Assembly (NCBI GenBank): GCA_012295275.1 | Contig: CM022677.1 | Coordinates: forward strand, 6,758,001-6,822,000 | From: Chrysomallon squamiferum | Lineage: Eukaryota > Animalia > Mollusca | Length of the DNA stretch: 64,000 nt | Direction of reading: 5' to 3' | Shown: positions 26,737-40,874 of the stretch, in pieces | How positions within the stretch are numbered: position 1 is the stretch's first letter | Layout of the letters: each line of letters opens with the position of its first letter | Notes under the pieces: generated by a model | Seen by the model: only the letters and a program-made list of their open reading frames with translations | What the model was told of the DNA's origin: nothing | The model's database searches: none | Translations under genes and position numbers: made by a program

Positions 26737-29700
26737 TATAAGAAAATAGAAGAAAACTTAAATGATATTCCATTATGAATAGAAAGCTATCACGTGTATT
26801 TTGTATAACGAGAGCAGTTCACACTATAAATCATAAAACATCCCGTAATTATAAACAAGCAAGACATTTTTAATTAAGGATACCGATATTTTCACTAATA
26901 AATTATACAAACATTACAAAATTATAAACAAGTAAAAATGAGGTGTCAGTTTTAATTAAGGATAACGCTATTTGCACTGTTCATTTTACCACTGAGTTAC
27001 AAAAATAAATTTTAAAAACGTATACACTATTTATGAAGTAGTTTACACGGGATTTTCGTTACATTGTGTTACACAGAACATTCATAGTTAGAGAGTAGCG
27101 GTGACACCAACCGTGTAAATTGTAAGAGAAGTCCGCCGATATCTTGAATACCTATGAATATCCTTCCAGACTAGCTACATTTTTTCTTAGTTTAGAAAAA
27201 AAGTTAAGTATCAGCACTACATGTCTAATTATAAATATGTTTTATGCTATAATGAAAATAAATATATATATATATAATTTCCGACGAAACCTATATAAAT
27301 CGATGGTAATAAAATTATTTCTAATTTTAATAATGCCTGTGAAACAAATATATCCTAATAAAAGTAGGACAGATGATTCAAATAAAACGTCCATTTAAAT
27401 TTGATGATATTAACTTTTATTAAGCAGATTTGACAGACTTCAACTGAGAGTTTTTATTTTTATTTTAGATACGTATTTAAAAAAATAATAAAATTGTCTT
27501 AACTAAAACACTACGTTACTTTTGCTGAGTAAATAATTATTCTGACATGATATAGTAAACACAACATAAATTACGTTGAGAAATATCACATTAATATCAC
27601 AGTTGCTAATGAAATAACATTTTTATCTGGCTGCGATATTTTATTCCTGAATATTCACTGTACTTCTCAACTAGAAATATCAAGATGAATATCACTTCAT
27701 ATATAATAAGTTATTTGCTAATATTTAACAGAGAAACCTCAGCTTTTCAATACACACCTGTCTACAAAAAGAAAATCAATATTTAATTATCATTTGAGGT
27801 GCAACTAAAAACCAATGCTGATTTTGATAGTAACAGAGCAATTAGGAATTTGGAAACCCTCTTTATTTCTAAATTTCTCAACTATCCTTCGTGAATGAGA
27901 TGATATTCAGTTAGTTATACTACAAAACACTGAAAATTACAGGTATGATTTCACTGTGAACATTCAAAAATATAGATGGAACTTCCGTGTTGTAATTTTT
28001 TTAAATAACAGTAACTTTGTATGTGACGTCAAAATACATCGAGAACATTCTGCAACTAAATTCAGATACCGCTTCGAAATGTCCGTTTTAGTAAAAGTAA
28101 CGTGATATTTTACTTTGCTAATTCGAAATCATATAATAGAAAGGTGTAATTTTACTGTACGTGGAACTTAAATATTATGTACACTACAGAAAATATTGAT
28201 AACCACAGTTAATATAGTAGACATTACTAACAGTTATAAATAATAATTATACATGGCGTTATGAAAATAAGCGGTTTAATTATAAAAAAAAAGATGAAAA
28301 TTAATTATGAGCAGTGATATTTACAGTTTGAAGGTTAATTATGTTGAGAAATATTAATCTCATATTTTATTAATTATCGTATATTTATATCAGGTTATAC
28401 TGAAAAATATCTGAGTTAATTCCCTGGAATCACGACAGTTTGTACTGATTAGATGAGAAAAATAAGGTGAACATGTCATTTTATTATGCGAAGTTTATTT
28501 TTTTCATTACATTCATTACAAGGTGTACATCAGCGCAAGTTGTATAGTGTAATATATTTTACATTTCTTATTATAGCTTATTATTATTAGATATTAAAAT
28601 AACCACTCCACCAGTAAGTATCAATGAGTCAGTGAAGCAGACACCGTATTTGTCACAGGTCCTGCCTTTGTCAACAGCTAAATAACAACAACAACAATAA
28701 TAACACCTTAATAGTTTTATTTTTTATTTTGTTTTTATTTTTCTGTAAAAACGTAAGCTTCCTATATATGTTTGACTCTAGTTTCATTAGAACTGTTCTG
28801 TGTGTGGATATAAAAATTACTTCGAATTTTTTATTAGGCCTCGTAAAGTTATCAGAGAAATCAGATTTATTCTTAGTGTATTGTTTCTGTCGAGATAAAA
28901 AATAAATACTTCTTTTTTTTAAAAGTATATAATAATGATAATAATAATAATAAACTGATTTATTTATAATATAATTACATGAGAAATCGTGAACTTTTGT
29001 AAAACCACATTTAACTAAAAAAAGTACATCGGTGTTAACACTGATAATGTTACCCAATCGATAACAAAATAAAACCCTAGTTTTATCACGTCTGTATTAT
29101 TTATATGGCATTTAAAAATTATATAAATTAGAGATTATAGGTTATATTGAATAAATATGGAATTTCATTCTAGATTATTAACTTACTTTTCTCAGAGTTT
29201 AAAAAAAAATAATGATATATTCTTAATTACATAATTTGATAAATACTAGCTGAATTTTAGATTAATCATTTAATTTCATGTAGGGAGAGATGTAAATTGT
29301 GTCGCGGAATGTCATGTTACTGCGGTCATAAAACAAAGTCACAGTTAATTTTCAGTAATATCAATACAACAGTAAATACAGTATTCATCTAGCACTTCAC
29401 GCATTTATATAGTCTTATTATTGTTAATAATAAATTAACTTAATATTAAAGACTACAGTTAATAATTGTTCAGTAAACATATCAAAATATATTTAATCAT
29501 ATCAAAATATATTTCAGTATATCAAAATATATTTTATTATATCAAAATATATTTGATTATATCTGAATATGTTTGTCTTAAACATTTTATTTGCTAATAT
29601 GTATCCACATACTAACCTTTTAAATAACGGTTCTATTTTGTAAACTCTTCAGACATGAAATATGTATTATAATTTTCTGCAGGCCATTATGTGTGTCTGT

Positions 29701-30090
29701 GGGTCATATGTATCTGTCTGTGTGAAAATGTAAAATTGTACTATTTAAAAAAAAATTGTGAATATGAATGTGTAAATAAAATGCCTCAATATTTTTATTG
29801 AAATGTATGCAAACTAATAAAAACATATTCCTTATATCAATTCAGGTCTTTTATTTTATGATTTACAGTCAGCGATCAAGTGGGTTAAGAGAATTTACAT
29901 TATCCTCACTTGAAGAAATCACAGTTGTTTTCACACGAGTGTTTACAATAACCATGTTCTATGAAAAAGGATATATTTACAGAGACAGGTTTGATGCTGA
30001 AGTGTGCACTTGTTTAACCAACACAGCATGTTTTTCTGAGACTACTGGGTTCAAGATTAATAAAGTGAAATGAAAATTATAAACAACATT
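24335..30090 (+). repeat. Composite diverged duplicate: block B (24335-25185) fused to block A (25186-30090, matching 380-3090), with an extra segment of about 2.5 kb at about 25990-28490
   Basis: cttagaaaaagaatggga at 25186 matches 381. aggtgtacatcagcgcaagttg at 28521 matches 1551. gatttacagtcagcgatcaagtggg at 29860 matches 2889. Confidence 0.9.
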
Positions 30091-30415
30091 CACAAATTTC
30101 TTCACTGGAATATTTAGATTACTGTTACAAAAATGTGTTCAAAGTTTTTGGTAGAGATGTTTATTGCATTCCTAACATTTCATTCAAATTTATCTGAAAA
30201 CTGCATTAATAATGAAAAACAAGGCAACATCAGAAATGGGAAAAGATTATATTTATTTAAAAAATAACAATAATAGTGAAAAATAGTAAATGATAATAAT
30301 GGCGATAATAATGGCAATAACAATAAAAAAAACAATAATAATCATAACAAAAAACCTTAATATATATATATGTAAATAATATGTGTGTTATTGTATTATT
30401 ATTATTATGATTGTT

Positions 30416-30615
30416 NNNNNNNNNNNNNNNNNNNNNNNNNNNNNNNNNNNNNNNNNNNNNNNNNNNNNNNNNNNNNNNNNNNNNNNNNNNNNNNNNNNNN
30501 NNNNNNNNNNNNNNNNNNNNNNNNNNNNNNNNNNNNNNNNNNNNNNNNNNNNNNNNNNNNNNNNNNNNNNNNNNNNNNNNNNNNNNNNNNNNNNNNNNNN
30601 NNNNNNNNNNNNNNN
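30416..30615. other. Assembly gap (200 N)
   Basis: Run of exactly 200 n. Confidence 1.
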
Positions 30616-31701
30616 ACCTATTCCTCCTCTGTGATAATGTGTTTTATTAACATGACATTCCGCGACACAAGTTACATCTCTCTCTCTAGATGAAATTACA
30701 TAATTAATCTAAAATTCAGCTAGTATTTATCAAATTATGTAATTAAGAATATATCATTAATTTTTCTTAAACACATCTAAAAGTAAGTTAATAATCGAGA
30801 ATGAAATTCCATATTTATTCTATAATATAATCGATAATCTCTAATTAATATAATGTTAAAATGCCATATAAATAACAGAGACATGATAAAACAAGGGTCT
30901 TATTTTTGGGTAACATTATCAGTGCAAATAGCGATATTCTTTAGTTAACTGTGGTTTTGATAAAAGTTCACGATTTCTCATGTAATTACATTATAAATAA
31001 ATCATTATTATCATTATTATATACTTTTTTAAAAAGAAGTATTTAGTTTTTATCTCGACAGAAACAATACACTAAGAATAAATCTGATTTCTCTGATAAC
31101 TTTACGAGGCCTAATAAAAAATGCGAAGTAATTTTTATATTCCGTTTTCAGAACAGTTCTAATGAAACTAAGAGAATAGCGTCAAACATATAGGAAGAGT
31201 GCGCTTTTAGAGAAAAATAAAAAATAAAAGTATTAAGGTGTTATTACTGTTGTTGTTGTTGTTGTTTAGCTGTTGACAAAGGGAGGACTGACAACTATGG
31301 TGTCTGCTTCATTGTTATCTAGATTATTACTGGTGGAGCGGTTATATTAATATCTAATGTAGTAAGAGAACTTCAGGTATAATAAGAAATGTACAGTATA
31401 TTACACTATACAACTTGCGCTGATGTACACCTTTTAATTAATGTAATGAAAGAATAGAAGTAAAATTAACTCATCACTTTTCCATTTCTAGACCCTTTCT
31501 TAGCTTTCTTTACATTTTTTGTTAAACATTTAAACTTCTATTCATGTGATTTACAAATTTTCCTGCATTAAAAAATATACATTAAACAAAAGAAATATTG
31601 GAAGGTGTTCACTTCCAAGACAAAATAAAAAATAAAAGGTAGATCATTAGCATCCTCATAAAAATATTTTAGACAGTCTACATGATTTATTTTAATAATT
31701 A

Positions 31702-31748
<47 letters not shown>

Positions 31749-31796
31749 GAATACATTAAATAATAATCTTCATCGATATTGCCTATATTACCACTA

Positions 31797-31841
<45 letters not shown>

Positions 31842-32924
31842 ACTCCACGTTCACACACAGGTACCTGCATTGTCACGAGATATATATATAATACGAAAAA
31901 AAATATTGCATCTTTGCGAAGGGGGACAACTGTAACAGAACATTCGATACAAGGTCATTCAATGAGGCGAACTTTTTGATAGAAAAAAAAGCAGGTTTAA
32001 TAAGGATATTGTTATATTTGGCGATGTACATTCTTGTGTATACAAAATATGATGGTGTAGCAGCCAGTGCGGTGGTGTGTTTGTAAAATAATGTTTTGAG
32101 AGCTTACACTTTTATTTATAGATATATATAAAGGATACCATATAAACAGTTTTTAAAATGTTTTAAAAATATTTATAAATGCATTTTTCTAGAAGTTTAT
32201 TTATGTACAATCCCGATTGCTTCTGTATTCAATTTTAAAATGTTTTATAGATGAATAAATGTTTAGTGAAAAACAGCAGAAAACTAGCGAATTGGGCTTA
32301 AAGCTCAAAAGGAGCAGATTAAATAAATTCGAATAAAATTAGAAAATGATTATTTTTGACAATAAAATAAAATTCCTAAGCCAAAGCGTTTTCTAATTCT
32401 ATGAATATGCATAAATACAGAAAAAACACCCCCCCAAATACATGTATAAATGTGTGTGTGTGTGTGTGTGTTTTGATGTAGATAACAACTGCTGAAATCT
32501 CTATGTCCATAGCCCATTTTGCATTGACTAATTCCCATTGTTTTTCTAAGGTTGATAAAAAATGACGCGGGTAATTACAGATCTATTACATTTCTAAGTT
32601 GTCTTGTAAAGCTTATTAAATAACAGTTGTATCTTAAAACAAATACTATACTATTTGAAGTACTAGAAGAATTATTGTTTTCACATTAAACTGATGTGAC
32701 ATACAGATATTATTATCGTGATATATATATATATATATACATAAATCTTGTTTAAAACAGACTTTGTATATGACTGTGCGTGTGCGTGCAAAACACTGGC
32801 AGTAGTTAGAAATGTGAGAATAATAGGCCTAACGTTGGGTTTGATCTTTTCTCAAGATAGAATTTCTAGTCGACATATTTATATTTCCCGCCGATCTTTC
32901 TACGTGACTGGAAATCTTTAGTTG
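30616..32924 (-). repeat. Inverted near-identical copy of 1-2358
   Basis: Continuous reverse-complement match. Differences are mostly microsatellite length plus scattered substitutions and small indels. Confidence 0.95.
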
Positions 32925-34440
32925 AAAATTGTCGTCATTTTTACTTTGAGATCAAATGCTGAAAAACGCAGTCGTTTTGAAGAAAACTATAGCTTATTTT
33001 AAAGGTGACAATGCAGGTACCTGTGTGTGAATGTGGAGTGTGATTTATTTATTTTTGGATTACTTTTTTCTTTCTTTTTTTTTTTTTTTTTTTTTTGGTA
33101 GAGGTTTCTACATTTTTCTATTTTACTAATCAAATCTAATCAAATCTAACAATTTATGAACATTAATACAGGCAGTCGAAATCAATATAGTCAGCCACAC
33201 TGTTTTTTCTCTTAAGTACATATCTTTTTTACTTTCCTCTTTGTTGTATTTATAACAATATGTTTATTTAACATTTCAGTACACCAGGAGAATATACCCG
33301 AAAAGGAAAAATATACCCTTCATTTATTAGTTTCCACTTTGATACTGATAATAGATCTGATAGAACAGGTTCAAACATTGATCGCACACACACAACATAC
33401 ACTTGTTTTAAGATAAATAAATGTTGTGCCATTATGAATGTTTGATGGGATTATTTGTTTCCAGTCTCGCTCAGTTTTTTTTTTTTTTTTTTTTTTTTTT
33501 CAGACCTATATCAAACACTGGTAAATTCCTGATCAATAGTAAGCAACTTATGCAACTTACTGTAGTGTGAACTGTAAGCTCTGTGATTTTATTTGGTGCA
33601 TAAATATAAATAAATACAAAAGAAGAAAGAGAAAGTAGGGGGAAAATAACAACACCGTTTATTTGAAGTTTTCGTCAATGATTGGCTAATAAAAAAATAA
33701 TAATAATAATAATAATAATAAAAAGAACCACATCGAGTATATTTTAATAAAGGTTGTTATGTTCTTTTATTTTATTTATTTGTTTTGAACTCTTTTTCTT
33801 TCTTTTTTTTAGGATTGTATTTTCATAAAAATGCGGGATGATTGTCGGGACTTGATGGATGTAATTGGTTGTTTGACGTTTGAAGAATCTTCTACAGAAT
33901 TGGTGTAATCGCATTATCATGCAACAAAAAAGTTGCTTAAAGTATTTCATTTTGTGAAGCAGACAGGTAGTACTATTTATTATTATAGTTGATAATGAGA
34001 TTGGAATTTTTATTTTTTATTTAAGTATAATTCAAACGTCACAGCCTGATGGCAGCCATCTTATTCGGGAATAATATTTATTTATTTATTTATTTTTTAT
34101 TTATTATTACTAATTTTTTTTTATTCGTCAGTAATATTTATTTATTTCTTATTTATTTTATTTTATTTTATTTTTTTCAAATAACGACTCTCGATTAATA
34201 TCAAAATTCGCCAGTGTTTGTACTAAAGTGAACAGCATAAACAAGAATTGTTTAGTCTTAATTTTGTTTTACTAATCACTGTATGATATAGCGGGGCAAA
34301 TATTGTGTGGCCAGTAATTAAATTTGTTCTAAAAGAAATTGACATGTATAGTACACACCAAAGTAAACACAACACAACAACTATGTGTCAACTCACAAAC
34401 AATTTTTATTTATTTATTATTATTGTTTTTTATTTTTATT

Positions 34441-34479
<39 letters not shown>

Positions 34480-35171
34480 GTTAATTTTTATTTTTATTAT
34501 TAGTTTTTTAATATACTAATAAAACTATTAAAAGAAAATATACTAATTTTGTTTGGCAGGTTGTTTTCTGTCAGCTAATTTACGATTTATTTTTTTTAAA
34601 GATTTATGTTAAATTGCTGACTTCCTCTATCCATTAAATGATTTTTTTTAACCATATTAAAGTTTATAATGGCTGGGGCCCTAAATTCTTTCATATTATT
34701 AAAGCTAAATACCTGTATAGCTCTATGCTAATGTTAAAAACAAATAAAGATGAATACAAATTTAAGAAAAATATGACCAGGTTATTTCATATGTAGACAC
34801 TGTAAAATATTAATAAAATTATTTGTTATAATAATATCTAACACACACAAACACACTCACACACATTCACACACACAGATCATTTATAATCATAATCACA
34901 AACAATATTAATACAATCTCCATGCACAAAACACTACTGAAATGATTATTTTTTGAAGTAGGTGTCTTATGCAGATAATATGACTAATACTATGGCATCC
35001 AAAAATATTTACATTTGTATCTACAGATAATGTACCTGGTTGACATTAATTGCTTCATGACACCTATATGTATTCAAAATGTTCAACTCATACAATATAA
35101 ACCCATGAATGTATAAGGTCTTTATTATTATTATTCATTTGCTTTTTCATACATTATATTTATTTATTTTT

Positions 35172-35738
35172 GATAAAGCCAGGAAGTTGAGCAGCAGGTG
35201 ATATCTCGCCACATTCGACAGACCGAGCTAGTCCTGTACCTGATTCAAAGTAGGATGAATGCACCCAGGTCCCTATCCCCTACTTCATCATCACAGAGTT
35301 TCAGGGAATGGATACTAGAGACTAGTGATAATGTGAACCAACTGTCTGGTGTCAAGTAATGTGTCAGGCCTGTGTTAGAATGTTTTCAGAAACCTCTCAA
35401 CAGTGGCAGGGTATGTTCTTTTATTAATTTATATGTGTGTGTGTGTGTGTGTGGGGCATTTGTATATGACTGTTTATGTGTGAGAGAGACATATTGCATG
35501 AATGATAATAAGCAAACAAAAATGCATTTATCAGACAAAAGTTGATTAAAAAAATAAAACAAAAGTGTCATATTCATGTTGGAATAGCTAAAATCTTTGT
35601 TTACCAATTTATGATAAATTAATGATAAATAATACAGGTAATTGCTGTATTATTCAGTTGCTGTCTAGAAAGGGAATTTATGTCATGGAGAAGGATGAAT
35701 CAGATGTACAGACACTGCAGACTGCACAGTTCCAAGTT
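35172..35738 (+). pseudogene. CAMSAP: CAMSAP/patronin-like exon relics, copy 2 (heavily deleted)
   Basis: aagccaggaagttgagcagcaggtga, gaccgagctagtcctgtacctgattca, atgcacccaggtccctatcccctacttca and the exon ending ccaagtt|gt are shared with 18376-18600 (rc) and/or 54950-55697. Confidence 0.5.
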
Positions 35739-36439
35739 GTAATTTTTTTATCTTATTTTTATTTCTTAGAGAAAGTGAAATAAATTTTATAACAACTCAT
35801 TACTGATTGTAAGATATCAAAATAATAATCATTTATTTGCTATTGATTTTTTAATTAATTAAATTAATACCATTATCATCATTATCATTATAATGATTAT
35901 ACAAAGTATATAAAAAAATATCCCACACCCCTTTGTGTCTGAATAATCCAGTAACTGGTAATTAGTTATTTATTTATAACAGTTTATAATTTTTTTTTTT
36001 TTTTTTTGTTGCTATTAAGAGTTTTGAAAAAATAAAATAAAGAATCAACTGACCATCTCTGCTTACTGTTGTTCAGAACTGACAAATACTCTTTGGGATT
36101 TGAAGTTTTTAGTATTTTCATTTTTTGTTTAATAGATGTTCTATATTCACTAACAGCTCTATTTAGTGGCCAAACAAACCCAAACAGTAATGAAGGTGTA
36201 AACTTGTATTGTCAATATGTTTGTTTTCTGAAAATTATTATTATTAGTGATTTTTTAGAACCAGTATTATTCTGATAACTTGCTTGTTACTATTAGTGTC
36301 TTTTAAATAGTTACCAGTGATTTGGATAAATATTTGTATTTATATTCACTTAATGTTTTCTATTAATTTCAAGGTCTGCCCTCTTTGTTTATTATATATA
36401 TAATTTTTTTCTTTCTATTTTTCTTTTTTATTTCCACAG

Positions 36440-37630
36440 AACTGAAAAAGTAACAGTTGGCATCAACAACACCAGTACCACCATTAGACCTGAGACAAAC
36501 TGACATCACCACACCAACCACTAAAAACTGAAACTCCTGTGCCAAGAAAGATCCAGGCACACTAGAAAAGAAACCAGAAACACCACCACCCATTGCCAGA
36601 GGTATTTCAGTAAAAATAATGTCTAAGAAAGAAAGGGAACAGAAAATGTTTGATCATGTGATTCAGCTGACTAATCTTCTTGTGAGTTTTTGTTGAAAGC
36701 AGCCAGACCAAGACTTAAAATGCCACAAGCTTTACCACTTAGTCACTTAGTCACATTTTAAAACCTTTAAAAAATATTCAGGTAATTATGTCTGTAAATA
36801 TGTCTTAGTCTATCTGTCTATTTCTCTTTCTGCTACCTCCCTATTTATTTATTTTATTTCTATCTCTGCTTTTCAGTTTGTCTGTATTTCTTTCCTAGAA
36901 AATGTTCAGATAAATATGTTTATCTTTCTTACTATGTCTCTACTTACTATATACTTATCTGTTTTTCTGTCTCTATCTTTATGTATCATTTCTTATTTGT
37001 TCCTAATAATCATGTTTTAGTTTTCTTTCTTTTTTCTTCCTTTCTTTTCTTTATGTTTTTTAAAAATTATTTTGAAAGTTGTAATATTATGACAAAGAAA
37101 GAAAATATTATCTTTCTGTAAGTTCTGTTTTGATAGTTCTGAACATAAATAGCTTTAGAATCAGTAATTTAAATAATTTTAAATTTATTTATAGTTTTAA
37201 TTTATAAAAATGATCTTAAAACAAGTTTCAGTAGAAAGTTGATTATTTTTAGTTTATTTATTTTTATTTAATTATAAATCTTTCTGCCTATCTTGTGTCT
37301 ATCTATTTGATGTATGTATCTATCATTTATTTATTTTCTTATTATTTTTAATTTATTTAAAATTTAATCATACTGAATTACATAATATTCATGTTAATTA
37401 TTATCAACCTTTTCATTATTTTATGTAAAATTACAACCTACTGAATAATTTAGTATTCTGTATTTTCAATATTTTTTTAACTTGGTTTCAAATGTATCAG
37501 TAAACAGTTCTGGAACTGAGACTTTGCGAGCTGTGTGTTTGGCAATGTTTTCTAACACAACAGTGATCTTCCTTAGCCTCAACATAACAGACACTGAGAG
37601 TGCTGTGAGTAATCTTAATTATAAATGTTT

Positions 37631-37674
<44 letters not shown>

Positions 37675-39158
37675 TAATAATAATAACCACAATATTACAA
37701 ACTGTTACTACTACTACTATTGCTTTACTAATACTACAAACTATTACCACTATTACTACAACTAGTACTGTTTTACTAATACTACAAACTATTACCACTA
37801 TTACTACTCCTGGTACTATTAGCACTAATACTACAACTACAAATTCTGCTGCTGCTGTTACTACTACAACTACTACTACTACTACTACTACAACTGCTAC
37901 TGCTGCTACTAGTTCTACTACTGGTATTACTACAACTGCTGTTGATATTATTTCTACTGTTAAGACATTATGATTTCTTCTACTAACTATATTTTAATAG
38001 TAACAAATAACTAAGTGTTAACAATTTGTATTAACAGTTTTTACTGCTAATACACACAACTTGAGTGTTTTGTTTGTAGTGTAGTCAAAATGTTGTTGGT
38101 AAACAGGAATATTTGGATCTGTCAAGTAATTCTTTAGGAAATGATTATTTCTCTCACTGTGTCAGTTCAGCTCTTAAAGAAAACACAAAACTTAAAACTC
38201 TCGGTTTTCTTTTTCTTATTTTTTTAATCATGTCATTTTATTAACTTTTCTTTATCTGCCACTAGTGTACTTTTCATAATAATTTCTCTATAATTTCAGA
38301 GCTACTGATATCTACTGTGATATTACATTTATTTATTTATTTATTTATTTATTTATTTTCAGAGCTATGTGTAGGCTCCACTGATTTGAAACTCCTCTCA
38401 TCGACTCTAGTAGAAAACACTGGACTCACAGAACTAGATCTGTCTAGTAATGGATTATCTGATAAAACTGCTCTCACTAAACACTGGACTCACACAACTA
38501 GAAAGACAATGACAGAATGACATTACAGAATGATTTGGCCAGAACACTTTGCAACAAGTGGAAGGAAAGAATGTTATAATTAAATATTTTAACTAATTAA
38601 ATCATTTGTTAGTATGTTAGTATTTCAAGTAGAATCCATATTGTGTAATGTAATACTGTATAGTTTAAAATGTTTATTTACTTAATATTCTTAAACTGGA
38701 CTAAAGCACAGTGTAAATAACAAATTGTATCAAGTTACAGAATTATTCAAATATATTAAAACATGTTTTTGTAATCTCTTTTACTGATGTATTGCTATCT
38801 TAATCCTTTTATATCAAAGTTAAAAAATAATATTAAACTGATTGAAATTAAGAATATAAAATATTTAATAAATAATTTTTATTATTAATATTTTGTTGAA
38901 AAAATAAAACTCTTCTTGCTAAGACAGTGAAATGCAGTTAGAGCTGACAACAAAAATACTACTTTATTGATTAGTTTATTAATGAATATTATATTTTGTT
39001 GTAGGATTCAAGCTGCCTCAGCCAGCACTTCAGTTGAAAATGTTGTAAGACCCATTTTCAGAAAAGGTTCACTAGAGCACAAGAATGCTATTACATCACA
39101 GTCTTCCCTGTCCAGAGAAAGCTCAACACTTTCAAGAGAAAATATGTCTGAAATGTAA
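36440..39158 (+). pseudogene. Spliced leucine-rich-repeat (ribonuclease-inhibitor/NLRC3-type LRR) gene relic
   Basis: Mostly AG/GT-bounded exon-like pieces: 36440-36681, about 37501-37603 (LAMFSNTTVIFLSLNITD), about 38080-38204 (YLDLSSNSLGNDYFSHCVSSALKENTKLKTL), about 38363-38505 (LVENTGLTELDLSSNGLSD) and about 39005-39158. Stops and deletions are present. Confidence 0.65.
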
Positions 39159-40874
39159 TTTGAATTTCAAAAACTCACTGATCTCCAAGAGACTGCACTG
39201 TCAATGTGATCAGAACATCCAGTGTACTTCATAGCAGATTGCACTTTTTTAATATTTGTTGTGTGCATAGTTATTCTATTTTTATTGCTGAAAGAGGAAT
39301 AGAGATTCATCACTGCTATGGAATGCCATTTTTCCAAATAAGCTAAACTTAATGTATATGTGTGGATGTATAGGATTGTAAGATGGATGGATGATGAATA
39401 AGAGATATGAATGGATAAAGTAAAATGGTTAGCCTGGTTAGAGATAGGGAGGGATGATACATTCACATAATATCCAAATAGAATAACTCACTGAATGTGA
39501 TAAATGCTGGATGAATGAAATAATAAATGAATAGAAGCACGTGTAGTTGGATGAGCAGAAATGTGGTTAATTACAGGATGTTATATTGATATATAAAATA
39601 TTTTATTCTAATTGTGTGACAGCATAGAGTGATGTGTGTGTACTTTATAAGATGTCTGTGAAGACAAATCAGTATTTCACATACTCTTACTATTTGTACA
39701 TTTAACAACCTCTAAATATCACTAATTACTCTTTAAAATAAATGACAAATATTTACATTTTAAAAAGTGTAAATATTTAATAAAAAAGATTTAAAAAACA
39801 TTATAAAATAAATTATAAGGTAATGATAATAAGAACAGAAATATAGTCTATTTCGACAAAAATATTCTAAGAAAATGGGTATATATGCATAATGTGTGTT
39901 CAAGAGTGTGCATGTATTTCTGAGAGAGAGATAGATGAAAAGATAGACTGGAAGTTTGATAGACACAGATATACAGAGAGATGTGTATAATGAGATGTGT
40001 ATATAATTATACAGACAGATACAGAGATATATAGAGAGCTAAGCTGATAGGCATATGTGTATGAGTAATAAAGTGTTAGTAAGTTCATGTGTTAGAGAGG
40101 GTGGGTTTTTGTACATGAGTAAGTGGATTACAGTGCTTATATTGGTATATGTATATTTTATAGATAGATGACTGAAGATAGATAGACAGATAGACAGACA
40201 TACTGGCAGGCAAGTAAATTCATTGGTAGAGAGACACAATTTGGACATTCTGGAGATAACATTATTATGAATGAACACAGGAATAGAGCAGTGGACAGAA
40301 AGCTGTTTGTTTGGATTATCAATGACATATTAATAGTAAAATAATTCCTAAGAATACTAAAGTATTTCAATATACTCAGTCTTTCAAGGTAAGTTCTTTT
40401 TACAATTCTGTATATCAAAATATTAAAAATATTTCAGTATCCATGCAGCCATCATTTTTAAATACATTTTTAAAATCTAGTTTCAAAAGTCCAGTAAAAA
40501 TCTCTTTCTATAATCCTGCCTGTCTACATCAGAATCTCTCAGTTATACATTTGTACATGTTTCTATCATCCTTTCTCTCTCAACATAACCCAGCACACCA
40601 TCCTGTACATATCTCATTGTCAGTTCTGTTTATCTATCCATCAGTTTATTCATCTTTACATCTACATGTGTCTGCTGCAGTCAATGTGTGTGTGTGTCTT
40701 TGTCTCTACCTGCTCTCCGAGTTTCAATATTTCAATCTATGTCGCTCTCTGTCTGATTGTCTATCTATATAATACTTCTATGTATATGTCTGACCTCTCT
40801 CTCTCTCTCTCTCTCTCTCAATCTCTGTCTCTCACACAAACACACACACACTCACACACAAACAAACTACATAA

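Noticed and set aside
29955-29990. YEKGYIYRD as a possible kinase catalytic-loop motif
   Set aside because: No LKxxN follows and no DFG or other kinase motif is nearby. The match is too short.
30383-30693. ORFs spanning X runs (also 57332-57571)
   Set aside because: They are artefacts of the N gaps.
37605-37973. Mucin-like poly-Thr/Ile ORF
   Set aside because: It lies after a gtgagt donor and consists of (ata)n and (act)n repeats, so it is intronic. Only the first part of the ORF is exon-like.
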